A DNA stretch of 64,000 nt from Candidatus Latescibacterota bacterium (GCA_965217865.1 CBDCJO010000002.1:192001-256000), one strand, 5' to 3'. Shown: positions 44,063 to 56,088, counted from the stretch's first letter. Made by a program: numbers and translations. The notes: generated from the letters alone by a model not told the origin.

Positions 44063-44244
44063 CTGTATTTCCCCAGATCGTGGAGCAAACCGGCCAACTC
44101 GGCCGCATCGGCGAGGTCGAGCGATTCTTCGAATTCCCGAGCCTTGTCGGCCACGTTTCGCAAATGATTGGATAACGGTTGCCAGTGCTCTTGGCTCAGC
44201 GGTTCCCCAGTCTCGGTTTCGGCTGTGTGGGCGTAACAGGTCAT
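44063..44244 (-). pseudogene. cas3: Cas3 HD-domain N-terminal fragment
   Basis: YAHT...WQPLSNHL...AGLLHDLGKY. Confidence 0.75.
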
Positions 44245-44524
44245 GAACCAAACGGCTTCGGTTCAGTTATGTAATCAATGCCTAAGTAGTTGATAAGCTG
44301 AATTTTAGAAATATCGACTGTGGATGATTATGCCCGTAAGAGAACATAAGGTCAGCGACTACCGTCCTCGCAAACATGTCTCCGCCGAAGCCGGTCTACG
44401 AACTGAGACAGGTGCATATATCGGCAACCCGGACACAGTCGGTCAGTTTGTATGACAACTCTTCTGAAAAGGCGAACCATTGATAGTCTAACTCGTCTCC
44501 GAAATTGATCTCGACGATCGTCGT

Positions 44525-44934
44525 CGGCGGGTAGCACGTCCTTGAGCGCTGGGTTGTCGCACTCGATCCCGACCATCGCCTCGTCTACCCGCTGGCCGAT
44601 CGTGGGTTGTTTCGCGTGCGCCTTGAGATGTGTCCAGCGGGCCTCGGGCGGCACCCAGAAGATGTTCCCGGCGCGGTACTCGTCCGGGTCTTCCGGATCG
44701 GCGCCTTGCGCCCGCTCCCCTTCGAGGCGTGCGTGCGCTTCCTCGAAGGCATCGGAGATGTATTTCAGAAAGAGGAGGCCGAGGACGACATGCTTGTATT
44801 CGGCCGCGTCCATGCTGCCGCGCAGGGGCATCGGCCGTCTGCCAGAGCTGGGCTTCGTAGCCGGTCGTGGCGTCATGGGTGCCCGGCTTCGGATTGGGAT
44901 CGGATTGCTGATTTTTCGGTCTTCCTCGTGCCAT
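44525..44934 (-). pseudogene. hsdM N-terminal fragment of a second type I system
   Basis: [29 protein letters not shown]...[11 protein letters not shown]. Confidence 0.85.
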
Positions 44935-45480
44935 TTACTTCGTAATTCCTCAAGTTGTCGCCGCAGTTTCAACGTCGTTGGCGTTCGCCTCTCTCAATCC
45001 ACCCCAGGAATGGAGCGTAACGGAAGCCTCATTGTCTGTATCGTGTGGTCATACCTTGTCCTGCCTTGATGTGTTCCAGGATCCTGTCCTCCAGTTTTCC
45101 AAGTAATGGGCCATTTCTTCTTTCAAATTCCCGGATCTCTCTTCGACTGCAAGTTCAGATTCTGTCGTGCAGTCCCTGAGTATTCGGCGAGCCATGGCAA
45201 CGTCCAGAGGGAGTATCGATGAAAACCGACAGATCGATGAGTTCACGAAACCTGGGGTGATCGCGACCAAAGGGATAATCGTGGACGACATATTTCGTCT
45301 TTCCTTCATAATCTCTTTCTCGACGGCATCATCCATTCCAGGGAAATCGAATTCTAAAAGATCCGCCCTCCACATGCTCCAATCATACAAATCATCCGGA
45401 TATTTACATTGGTGTCATCAAAATCGTCGGCACAAAATAGCCCAGACTGGGGTAGCGATTCCGCCAAGACCCACGATTAA

Positions 45481-46149
45481 TTAATCGGCGTGGTGTTGGC
45501 GGAACCTCAATTCCAAAACAGGTTCCATGAGTTTTAAACGATTGCGTAGTCCTGCCTCATCGATCTCTTCAGTAACAAATGCTTTCTTTGCATCGATTAC
45601 TTCCGCAGGCATTTTTTTCTCAGACATAGCACCGAACAAATGGTCAAAGAGAATCTCTTGGAGATATCTGTCAACCCGGTCAAGCAGCTTATATCCTTTT
45701 CGCACCCATTCAGGCGACTTCCAGGTTTCGTTTGGAATAATCTGTTGATGGCAGTAGTTACTTGCCTTGCTCCAAAATTCCTGCAATTTACCCACGTCCG
45801 GAACACTCATGGTCTTATGGAGACACATGAACTCCGACACGATGCTGTTGAACTTGAGCACTCGATACAGCTTCTTCTTGTTACCACCAGCCAAGTCATG
45901 CACCTGTTTTACCAATCCGCTGAAGCTACCAATTTGGTTGCTTATTTCATCGCCAGGTAGTTCATTGTGCATAATGCCGTACAGTTCAAACACAACACGT
46001 TCAATGGCGCAGCGGTACTCGAACGCCGCATAGACAAGAGGCGATTGCGAATCGTTTGCCTGACCGTGCTGTTTCCAGGCCCGCGCTACGATGACATGGT
46101 ATTCAGCGCTTACACATCGCTTTTCATTGATAATTTGATTGAGATTCAT
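45481..46149 (-). CDS. Hypothetical cassette protein
   Basis: Starts just after attC R'; YAAFEYRCAIER. Confidence 0.7.
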   Translation of the reverse strand: MNLNQIINEKRCVSAEYHVIVARAWKQHGQANDSQSPLVYAAFEYRCAIERVVFELYGIMHNELPGDEISNQIGSFSGLVKQVHDLAGGNKKKLYRVLKFNSIVSEFMCLHKTMSVPDVGKLQEFWSKASNYCHQQIIPNETWKSPEWVRKGYKLLDRVDRYLQEILFDHLFGAMSEKKMPAEVIDAKKAFVTEEIDEAGLRNRLKLMEPVLELRFRQHHAD

Positions 46150-46162
46150 GTTCTTATTAGCC

Positions 46163-46232
46163 AGCCAACGTTCACGCTCACCGATGGCAACAGCGCAACG
46201 GAATTGACGTCCGGTGCGGCGCATTGTTGGAT
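46163..46232 (-). other. attC site (classical short type)
   Basis: ATCCAAC-aatgcgccgcaccgg...cggtgagcgtgaac-GTTGGCT. Confidence 0.75.
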
Positions 46233-46448
46233 TATTTCGAGTGCGGAACCTTGTGTCTTCCTTGTAAAAACCACGTTCTGCCTGTCTTGCGGTCCACTTC
46301 GTAAGAAATATTCGAACCCACCGCTATGTTGCGCCCCCTCGTTGGTCTCGCTCACCTCTGAAAGGAACCAACGGAAGCTGGCGACGATCAAGGAAGACCA
46401 TGCGGATCGGTCGGATCCCTCACGACCAGAGACAATGCATGTTACTTC

Positions 46449-46793
46449 GGTAATTATATACTTGACAAAGTGATAATGAACCAAACGTGTTTGGTCCATT
46501 CCTCAAGGGATGCTTCGTATAGATCAACTCCCGTTTTTGATCACGATCCGCTTGAGTTCAACCATATCCGACTTGATTTCAGCAATCTTCTTTTCCGTAG
46601 ACGGCTCGCTGGTCTGCAAACTGATCTTGCGTGTTCTCGTCGTTTGTTTTAAGGCGATTATCCGCGCGTATCGATGCAATGGCTTCAACAATCACGTTTT
46701 GAAACGCCTTCGCAAGGTTTACAGCGCTCCCGTTCAAATCGTGACTGGCCATGTCATTTCTCCTCTTTTTACTTTGTCAAGTATATAATTACC
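46449..46793 (-). mobile_element. IS1595-like MITE, copy 1
   Basis: 23-bp perfect TIR ggtaattatatacttgacaaagt; 8-bp TSD gttacttc. Confidence 0.9.
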
Positions 46794-47007
46794 GTTACTT
46801 CACTTCCGATTGTCGTTTGGATGGGCTACAGCATCCACGGAAACGAACCGAGTGAGAAACAATATATAGAAGAGCATATAATAAATCAGTGGAAAGGTCA
46901 AGTCTTAAGCGTCCTGCAAAATGGATGGAGAGCACCCGAGGTCCTGTGAGTTTCACGCAACCGGTTTAGCGTCGCTCCTCGACGGAGCTGCGTTCGATGA
47001 GGCTCGG

Positions 47008-47670
47008 CTATTCCTTTGTGGTGATTGCCGTCAGAATACTGAAGGGCAAGCGTTCTTCGGCGAGCGTGGCCCACATTTTGCGCTGGCGGGGCCAGTGGGG
47101 GACGGCGGCGATGGGACGGACGTCCTTCTCGCAGATCGGATCGCGGCCCCGGAGCGTGCGGGGCAGGAACAGGAGCGCTTCCTGAATGTCGGGCGCCAGG
47201 TGGAGCAGGTTCATGATCTGCGTGATCCTCGCCCGGGTCACGCAGCCGAGGCGCGCCAGGTCCGCATAGTCCCGCACCTCGCCCCACCGGACCAGCCCCT
47301 CGAACCGGATCGCCAGGGCCGTCAGTCTCGATATGCGAGGTATATTCCCCGGCTCGACATTCCGGTCCTGATCCGTGTGGCGGCAGCCGTTGTTCCGGCC
47401 GTTTCCGGGCTGGAACGTGAAGGACACTTCCAGGGGTCCGGCCCGGGTCGCATCGGATGCGCGACCGCTCATCGCATGACCTCCTGTCCGTTGAGACCCG
47501 CCTTCCGGCACAGCGCCTCGATTCCGGGTGGGCGAAAGGTGACGGTCACCGTGCCGTCCCGTCCGTCGTAGCCGACCCGCTCGATGAGCAGCCGGAGTCT
47601 CCGGGCCTGCTCCCTCGGGGCCAGCGCCGCCCAGACCGGGTCGAAGATCTCCAGGGCCCAGGTCCTTTCG
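47008..47670 (-). pseudogene. Large serine recombinase C-terminus plus downstream accessory HTH gene
   Basis: FDPVWAALAPREQARRLRLLIERVGYD; PRISRLTALAIRF...VTRARITQIMNLL. Confidence 0.7.
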
Positions 47671-48044
47671 GGATTGGGTAAGCAACAGGTTTGGCGAGAG
47701 GTTGTTCCGTATTTTCTTTGAGATATATACAGAAAGGTATGGGGTCTAAAATGCAATGAGATCTCGTCTTTTACCGCGATAATGACGAACCAGGCTGTTA
47801 AATAAGGCCGACGGGAAAAACAGAGAATCAGAGAATCCGGAGGAGATATCTCTGCTCAGCGGACGCAACCCCACGGTTGTGCTCGGACACCGGGGGAAAC
47901 GCTTCGAAACAGAGAATCGGCAGAGAGGGAAGGATGTGGCACAAGTGTTTGTGAATACGACAGAAACGACAAGACCCCGAAGGGTTGCCCCACGGGGTCT
48001 TGCGTTAACGGACGACCGCCGAAGTTGGCGGATGGGAATATGGC

Positions 48045-49132
48045 TCCCCATATGATCCTTTCCCCGGAACCATTCTCTGTTCCTCAGCCGTAATCTGCTG
48101 TATTAAAAGGAGCTATCGTAATTACGCCCGCGCCGCAGACGCGGAAGACAGCGTCAAGACGACTTCCGCCCTTCAGGTCAAAACAGCCACTTCTCCGACA
48201 TGGGATCAGGATATCCGGGTCGTCGTTACCCACGCTGTTCACCTTGGTGCTGACGGCGCGCCTTTCGTAGGGGCCAACACAGGCTTCACGCATCAACTCG
48301 AGAAGCCGTGGTGAGGTCGTTGTCCACGTTCTGTACCGCCTCACGCTGTCGGAAGCTGTGGCGGAGGAATCGTTTAACCTGAAGAAATTCTACATAGTGC
48401 GGCGTAAATCTCAAATCCCCTCTTCCCACACCCGCCAAATCGCCACTCTTATCTTCCCCTCCATCCGCTCGTAGCTTCTGATCGCTCGGATCTGAAGCCT
48501 CCCTGGTTGACAGCTTCCGGCCAAACGGCTATATTACTCGATTGTCTGACTGCCCCTAATCGTCTTGGCTCCCAGTCTCGCGCACCCCCGGAATGCAGTG
48601 AGGGGCAAGACCACGCTCGTCGAAACCGTGGCGGGCGCGTGGGGAGCATGAAGCCACGCCCTTCCGGGGGGCATATCGGGTTCTCAAATATGAACAGGGA
48701 ACAGAAGCAGAGTATGAAGCTGGAAGATCTCCAGGCCAATGCTGCGGTGCATGGCATCCTATCTGACTTCCTCGTCACGGTGGTCAGCGTGCAGTGGTTC
48801 GGCTCCGAAGCGCTTGAGTTGGCGTACAAGACACCGACTGGAAAGGTTGCCAATGAGCTTCTGTACCGTCACGACGAAGCCCGGCTCGAGATCGTCGAAG
48901 TCGGTCGGCCATGGAGCTTTGACGGAGACGGCGCGCTGTTCCGCCTGGTCTCCGAGGCACAGCGGATCCGCCTGGCGCATCTCTTCGACCCGGTGCTGGC
49001 CGTGCACACTTCGGTTGTCGAGCCGTTGCCCCATCAGATCACCGCGGTCTACGAATCCATGCTGTCCCGTCAACCCCTTCGCTTTCTTCTCGCCGATGAC
49101 CCGGGCGCCGGCAAGACGATCATGGCGGGGCA
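48045..49132 (+). repeat. ~1.1-kb duplicate of 60262-61349 (SRAP C-terminal fragment on - strand, promoter, helicase 5' part)
   Basis: Near-identical sequence; RAVSTKVNSVGNDDPDIL; MKLEDLQ...[11 protein letters not shown]. Confidence 0.9.
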
Positions 49133-49359
49133 GTCGTGACCGTGTACCGACCGATGGAAACCCATGCTGCCAGAGGCATAGACGGAGCGACGACTCTAGG
49201 CATGGGCATAACCGATATTAGGGATGGCGTCACCGCAGCGCTCTGTCCATTGGCGGTATGCTATCATGGCCGCACAAACAAGCAAGCGAACAAAAGTAAT
49301 ACAGCCAGCAAAAATTTGCAGCGTGTGGCGCATCGCGTTATAATCGATAGGTTCGGTCC

Positions 49360-49632
49360 ATGAAGATCAGGCACAAGGGATTGCGCGCACTGCACGAACG
49401 AGATGACGCGGCGCGACTGCCCGCGAGCTTGGTCCCTCGGCTTCGCCGAATCCTGTTCCGGCTACAAGAGGCATCGCATCCGCGTAGCGCGGAGGCGCCC
49501 GGCTTCAGATTGCATCCCCTGAAGGGGGGTCGGGCCGACGAATGGAGCGTGCGCGTCTCCGGCAACTGGCGCGTCGTGTTTCGTTTCGAGGATGGCGAGG
49601 CCGTGGACGTGGATCTGGTTGACTACCACTGA
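49360..49632 (+). CDS. higB: HigB/RelE-family toxin
   Basis: HKGL...LHPLKG...WSVRVSGNWRVVFRF...VDYH. Confidence 0.9.
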   Translation: MKIRHKGLRALHERDDAARLPASLVPRLRRILFRLQEASHPRSAEAPGFRLHPLKGGRADEWSVRVSGNWRVVFRFEDGEAVDVDLVDYH

Positions 49633-49652
49633 TCACATGGGAGAACCGACCT

Positions 49653-49967
49653 ATGAACGACAGAAATAGCAAACGTGTAGGCCCGATGCTGAACCCACCG
49701 CACTTGGGCGAGTTGATCCGCGAGAGCATGGAAGCGACTGGCTGGAATGTGACCGAGACGGCGGCCCGTCTCGGCTGCGAGCGCAGGACGCTGTCGCGTT
49801 TGCTCAACGGCCGGGCTGGCGTGTCCCCTCATATGGCGCTGTCGCTGGAAGATATCGGGTGGGGCACCGCCGAGCACTGGATGCGGATGCAGGCAAGCTA
49901 TGAGCTAGCGCAAGCGCGGCGGGAGCGCGCCACCCGGGAACGGCTGGCGGATGCGAGGCTCACGTGA
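49653..49967 (+). CDS. higA: HigA antitoxin
   Basis: NPPHLGELIRE; HTH; WMRMQASYEL. Confidence 0.9.
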   Translation: MNDRNSKRVGPMLNPPHLGELIRESMEATGWNVTETAARLGCERRTLSRLLNGRAGVSPHMALSLEDIGWGTAEHWMRMQASYELAQARRERATRERLADARLT

Positions 49968-50091
49968 TCCACTCTTGCCGCAGTGCTGCAGAACGGGAGG
50001 CCGTACCGATGGACGCCGTTCGTCTGCGCGTGTTGCTTCCCGCCCCCGGACGGCTGCACCCGGCGCCACATGAAACGGGAGGCGGCGCCTG

Positions 50092-50727
50092 ATGCGGCTA
50101 TCGTGGAACGAAGTCCGAGCCCGCGCCGCCAAGTTTGCCGAAGAATGGCGGGATGCGGCGTACGAGAAGGGCGAGACTCAGAGCTTCTACAACGACTTCT
50201 TCGAGGTGTTTGGGGTTCGTCGACGTACGGTCGCGCGCTACGAAGAGCATGTGCAGAAGCTGGATAACCGCTCCGGGTTCATCGACCTGTTCTGGCCGGG
50301 CGTCCTGATCGTCGAGCAGAAGAGCGAAGGGCGCGATCTCGAAGTCGCCTACGGGCAGGCCGGGGAGTATTTCGACAGCCTGCCCGAGAGGGAACGGCCC
50401 CGCTTCATCCTGGTCAGTGACTTCCAGAGCTTCGAGCTTTACGATCTTGACGAGCGGCAGACCGTCTCCTTCGCGCTCGCGGAAATACCCGGCCATGCCG
50501 AGGCGTTCGGCTTCATCCTGGGCGTGCAGCGCCGAACCTTCCGCGATCAGGATCCGGTCAACGTCGAAGCCTCGGAGTTGATGGGACGGCTGCATGACGC
50601 ACTTGGGGCGTCCGGTTACAGCGGCTACGACCTGGAGGTGTTTCTGGTTCGCACGGTGTTCTGCCTGTTCGCCGATGACACCGGCATCTTCGAGCCGCGC
50701 GACACCTTCCGTGAGTTGCTGGAGTAG
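50092..50727 (+). pseudogene. MmeI-like type IIG restriction-modification enzyme, N-terminal fragment
   Basis: LSWNEVR...EKGETQSF...FIDLFWPG...EQKS...FCLFADDTGIF. Confidence 0.85.
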
Positions 50728-51060
50728 GATTGAAGGTCTTGGGAAAGGTTTGTCCCTTTTTTTCAGCCTTCTTTTTTGCTGCTTCAATCATCTTATCCAG
50801 ATGTCCTGTACGATTGAGGTAATAGCTCAGCGACATTTCAAGAAGCCCTCTGAGCAATATCGCGGTCGCATTGGGATATTGCGCCACAGGAAGTTTCTTC
50901 AATTCATCAAAAATGTAATTAATCCTCTGATTACTTAAATCGCAAGAAAAATCAGATGGCACAATACCACGAGGTTTCGTTTTTCGCCTCGGCTTTCTTT
51001 GTGGTTCTCTTGTGGCTATTTCTTGGGATTTGTAAGCAGTTGATGTCATTAGTGGAATGT
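50725..51060 (-). pseudogene. Fragment of a HEPN-like defence protein
   Basis: FDELKKL...YPNATAILLRGLLEMS. Confidence 0.45.
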
Positions 51061-53189
51061 CTACCGACGGGTGGATGAATATCTGCTCTCGCACCACGGA
51101 GGATTGGTCGCCAGTCTGAGGGTGGAAATTCAGACAAGCCGTCAAGTTGGCGATTACCGTTACCATTTTTCAAAGTCACTGTACGCCATGGCGTAGATAG
51201 CTCATCAACTATTTTATGTTGGAAAAAAACCCGGTCAAACTGTACTTCTTCACCAACTGGCAGCGCCGTAAATAGAAGAGCTGGCCCGGCAAGGCCACCA
51301 TGCAATCCACCAGATTCGCTTCAATCAGGGCCGCTCCCCCGGTTCGAACTTGGACGGGGAGACGACGTCCGGCAACGTTGGCCAAGTGCGTTCCTTCGTG
51401 TCTACCCAACGGCAGATGGAATCCCGGGCTGCCTGTAGATGGGCAGCGATCTCCACGATACCGGCCCGGCCTTCTTCAGCAGCCGTCTTCAACTCATCTC
51501 TCTTCAAGGGAAACCAGACAAACACTGCGGAAAATATATGAGAATTGGCGTATCCGGTCAACTCTTGAATCCCGTGTGGCCGTTGAATTGGCAAGTGGAA
51601 GATGCCAGACGGAAAATCCTTCACCGTTTTGTCGTTCTGGATCAGCAGTGTCCGGTCAAGGTCCCGGTGGTCCTTTATAACCGTTCAAGTGAAAGACAGT
51701 TGCGTGGATTCCTGTCTGTTTTCGATTTCAATTCGTTCCTGTGTTTCGGCTATAAACACACGCTCTTTGAGAAGACAGGAGCGGCCAATGCATTCGGGAC
51801 GAATCGTCTTCTCGCAATTAATAGACGACCTGCCACATATTGTGGTTTTCGGCCTGCCGAAATTGCTTGCAAACAGAACCCCGGACATGCGGTTTCACAA
51901 AGTCGATCTCTGAACACTTTTACCCTCCCCCGCCTTGCCAGGGTCGCCCGTATTTCCTGTTGACGGTGGGAACCGTGCGCCTTTTGACAGGTCTTGCGAA
52001 AATCGCCACCACCGCTGCTTGAAAGGCGTCGCCCGGGCAGGGACTTGGGGGGCTACGCCGGCTACGATTCCGGGGCTCTGGGCGCACGGCCTTCCGCTGT
52101 CCGGTGGGCTGCCGTAAGCTGGTGACCGGACCCACCGGGTCCGGCTTCCAGTGAATACGTACCGGAGGACCTTCCCAAACGTCGAACTATTACCAACCTG
52201 CGGAAATTCGCGTAATCTGATTTCCTAGCAAAAACAGGATGTTAAGGGCGGATTTGCACGCATAAATTTGCGCAGCTAAGTACCAGGCTGTTAAATAAGG
52301 CCGACGGGAAAAACAGAGAATCAGAGAATCCGGAGGAGATATCTCTGCTCAGCGGACGCAACCCCACGGTTGTGCTCGAACATCGGGGGGAACGCTTCGA
52401 AACAGAGAACCGGCAGAGAAGGGGGAGAGGTGGCACAAGCGTTTGTGAATACGACAGAAACGACAAGACCCCGAAGGGGTTGCCCTACGGGGTCTTGCGT
52501 TAACGGACGACCGCCGAAGTTGGCGGATTGGAATATGGCTCCCCATATGATCCTTTCCCCGGAACCATTCTCTGTTCGTCAGACGTAACATGCTGTATTG
52601 AAAGGATATATCGTAATTACGCCCGCACCGTCGAGGCGGAAACCATATGAAGGACCGGTACAGCCTGGAATGGAGGGCGAAGGCCGAGAAAATGGAACCC
52701 ATGAGAAAGTGGAACAGCCTGGCCGAAGCCGTCCGCCTGGTCAACGGCGCCGGGATCCCCTCGGCCTTCGCTCTGGAAGGCGCACACACCGACAGGAATG
52801 GGCACGGTGTAATCATCTCCGACTCCGGGGGGTTGTTGGATGCGCCTTCGGGCGATCGGGCCTTAGGAGCCGTTTTTGGGATTCGAATTTCCCCAGCTGG
52901 GGGGAATTTGCAGTCTGGACCTCGAGGCAGGATTTTGGCCCGGGACCTTCACCGGTCGTAACTGCCTTCGACTGAACACAAAAATCGCACCCGTGGGGGG
53001 TGCGATTCGTGGTTGTCTCGGGTTTTAGATCTCCGCTAGCCGAGTATCTCGCGAACCCGAGCTAACGCCTTTTGGTCTTCGTCACAAGTGTTCTTTACGC
53101 AGGAGTCGCTCTTGGGGGGGGGGTTCAACCCGTGGCACCGTGGCATCCTTTTGTTTACGAGGGATTGAGCAACTCCAGCGTCCAGCGGG

Positions 53190-53535
53190 GCACAGCGGAT
53201 CCGCCTGGCGCATCTCTTCGACCCGGTGCTGGCCGTGCACACTTCGGTTGTCGAGCCGTTGCCCCATCAGATCACCGCGGTCTACGAATCCATGCTGTCC
53301 CGTCAACCCCTTCGCTTTCTTCTCGCCGATGACCCGGGCGCCGGCAAGACGATCATGGCGGGGTTGCTCATCAAGGAGTTGATCGCTCGCGGGGATCTGC
53401 AGCGGTGTCTGGTCGTCTGTCCCGGCAGTCTCGCAGAGCAATGGCCGGATGAGCTTTACCGCCGGTTCCAACTGCCCTTCGACATCCTGACAAACGACAA
53501 GCTCGAAGCCGCGCGCACAGGGAACTGGTTCCTGT
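53190..53535 (+). pseudogene. Third, internal copy of the SNF2 helicase N-terminal region
   Basis: Near-identical to about 61173-61517. Confidence 0.85.
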
Positions 53536-53623
53536 ATGAGCTCGAACTTGAAACAGAAGCCGATTAGGATGGCCATTTCAAGTCTTTTCGAAGTCATCCT
53601 GCTTCTTACGAAAGGAGTGTGAA

Positions 53624-54025
53624 ATGCCTCTTGGGTCCTTTCGTCATCTGATGCTCTATGTAAAGAACATATCTCTATCCAAGGAATTCTATCAGCAGAT
53701 CATGGGGTTTTTGGGTTATTCGTTGGCTCACGAGTCCGATTCTTACTGTATGTGGAATCCCAACATTGGCGGGTGCAGTTTTGGCATTGTACAAGCCGAC
53801 GCTGAATCTGGAGATACCATCTTTCAACGAGGAGAGCCTGGATTTCACCATCTGGCCTTCAACGCCAACAATCGGGAACAAATCGACGATCTGTATGCGA
53901 TTCTCCTGAAGATGCAAGCCAAGGTACTGGATCCTCCTGGTGAATGCCCTGAATACAGTCCAACTTACTACGCAATGTACTTTGAGGATCCAGATGGGAT
54001 GAAATTGGAGTTAGCATATAGTTGA
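53624..54025 (+). CDS. VOC/glyoxalase-family protein, cassette-like
   Basis: GFHHLAF and YFEDPDGMKLE motifs. Confidence 0.85.
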   Translation: MPLGSFRHLMLYVKNISLSKEFYQQIMGFLGYSLAHESDSYCMWNPNIGGCSFGIVQADAESGDTIFQRGEPGFHHLAFNANNREQIDDLYAILLKMQAKVLDPPGECPEYSPTYYAMYFEDPDGMKLELAYS

Positions 54026-54074
54026 CTCTCGGCAGTCCAGGGTTGTGATAAGCTTCATGAGACGATATCTGACT

Positions 54075-54150
54075 GTGTGTAAACAATGCCTTGCCGATTC
54101 GGGCCGCCCTCCGGGCGTCGCTCGGCTGTCCGGCACAGCTCATTTGTCAC
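54075..54150 (+). other. Degenerate attC-like site
   Basis: gtgtaaac-aatgccttgccg...cggcacagctcattt-gtcacac after the VOC gene. Confidence 0.4.
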
Positions 54151-54365
54151 ACCGCTTGCTATGAGGGGGAGAGTCCGGGAAAGCGGCTTGCCAACCCGCC
54201 TACTGCGGGACGGTAGCCGACAACACACGGTAAGTGGAGAACCCCCGCTTCATTCGTGATGGCTATTAGTTATATATTTTTCCCAATGGTTATATCCATC
54301 GTTGTCCAAAATGTAATGTATAAAGAACTCTTTAAAAAACCTTGGGAATATCTTTTAAGTTAAAT

Positions 54366-54715
54366 GGTAATTATATACTTGACAAAGTAAAAAGAGGAGA
54401 AATGACATGGCCAGTCACGATTTGAACGGGAGCGCTGTAAACCTTGCGAAGGCGTTTCAAAACGTGATTGTTGAAGCCGTTGCGTCGATACGCGCGGATA
54501 ATCGTCTTAAAACAAACGACGAGAACACGCAAGCTCAGTTTGCAGACCAGCGAGCCGGCTACGGAAAAGAAGATTGCTGAAATCAAGTCGGATATGGTTG
54601 AACTCAAGCGGATCGTGATCAAAAACGGGAGTTGATCTATACGAAACGAAGCATCCCTTGAGGAATGGACCAAACACGTTTGGTTCATTATCACTTTGTC
54701 AAGTATATAATTACC
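54366..54715 (+). mobile_element. IS1595-like MITE, copy 2 (inverted, no TSD)
   Basis: Same 23-bp TIRs and interior as 46449-46793. Confidence 0.9.
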
Positions 54716-54749
54716 TTTGGAATTACCCATACCTGGACAAATTGCACGC

Positions 54750-55309
54750 ATGTAACGGATTCCTGTATCTTCAGCGAAACCTTTGAGAGAAAGTTCAAAA
54801 GATCTCCTGAAGACTCTGAAGTTCGAAATATGATGAATCGTCTTGTGAGTTTACTCAAAGATTCTTTCAAGGCTGATCCGCGATATTTTTCTGAAGTTTT
54901 GGGGGCCCGAAGTCTGTTACTTGAATTACCCGACATGACAGATTGGAAAATTGCTATAGCCACTGGCGGATGGCACAGATCAGCCGATTTCAAACTTCAA
55001 TGCCTGGGACTCTCCACCAAAGGTATTCCTATCTCGACAGCGGATGATGCCGTTTCACGAGAATGTATTGTAACAAGCTGCATTACCAAAGCCAAACTCC
55101 ATTACGGTGTGGATCGATTTTCGAAAATTGTCAGTATTGGTGATGGCGTCTGGGATATTGGGACTGCAAACAATTTGAGTTTACCGTTTATTGGAGTAGG
55201 TGACAAAACTTATTTGGAGCGTTTTGGTGCTACTCATACCGTTCAGGATTTTCGAGATGTCGATCATTTTGTTCATCTGTTAGAAGTGGTGATCCCCCTG
55301 ACTTTATAG
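54750..55309 (+). pseudogene. HAD-family hydrolase, 5'-truncated cassette gene
   Basis: IATGGW and IGDGVWD motifs. Confidence 0.75.
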
Positions 55310-55429
55310 CTGATAAATTGTAGAATTCTCAGGTATGAGCCTCATAGAATCTAAAAAGAGAAGACCGACTGTGCGCGCTTTATGTTGGCCCCGTTATGGG
55401 CTTCGCCGTGAAGGGGCCGCGCCAGCATC

Positions 55430-55517
55430 GCCTAACAAGCAGTTACCACTGCGCCGCATACGCGGCTTGGGCTTCGCCAACCGGCTTCGCCGGTTCGGTA
55501 ACTGCAAGACGTTAACC
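55430..55517 (+). other. attC site
   Basis: GCCTAAC-aagcagttacc...ggtaactgcaagac-GTTAACC; R' is complementary to the next R'' GGTTAAC. Confidence 0.9.
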
Positions 55518-55527
55518 GCAACGGCCA

Positions 55528-56034
55528 ATGCTTGAACGCGCAAGTAAAAACCATTTCACGGATACAATAATGGATCTAAAGTTAGCCACCATAGAAGACG
55601 CTGAGATCCTCTCTGTCCTAAATGGCGATGCCCAAAAAATCCATGCAGACGCATTACCTCATCTGTTTAAAAGAGGCAAGATGCCAGTATCTCTCGCTAA
55701 GGAGATACTTGCGAAGCCAGAGAATTATGTCTTCATAGGTTACCTGGACAATTCTCCCGTTGGCTACGTCTACGCAGCGATCCAAAGACGTGAGGAAAAC
55801 CCGTATACATTTGCCTTAGACCAAGTTTACATCAATCAAATCTCTGTCAATCGGGACCATCGTGGAAAGGGATATGGAAAGATCCTCATAGATGCGGTTT
55901 TGTGTCTGGCTAAGGAAAAGGGAATATCTCTGGTAGCTCTAGACGTTTGGGCATTCAACAAGAATGCGAAGGCCTTCTTTTCAAAGCGAGGGTTCAAAAT
56001 ATGTCAGGAGAAAATGTGGCTACAGATGGAATAA
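55528..56034 (+). CDS. GNAT acetyltransferase, cassette gene
   Basis: HRGKGYG and N.NAKAFF motifs; true start probably ATG 55570. Confidence 0.85.
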   Translation: MLERASKNHFTDTIMDLKLATIEDAEILSVLNGDAQKIHADALPHLFKRGKMPVSLAKEILAKPENYVFIGYLDNSPVGYVYAAIQRREENPYTFALDQVYINQISVNRDHRGKGYGKILIDAVLCLAKEKGISLVALDVWAFNKNAKAFFSKRGFKICQEKMWLQME

Positions 56035-56088
56035 CATTTCTGCGCACCAAATCAGGCAGTAAAATGCTTCGCCCATAGAGGCCGAAAC

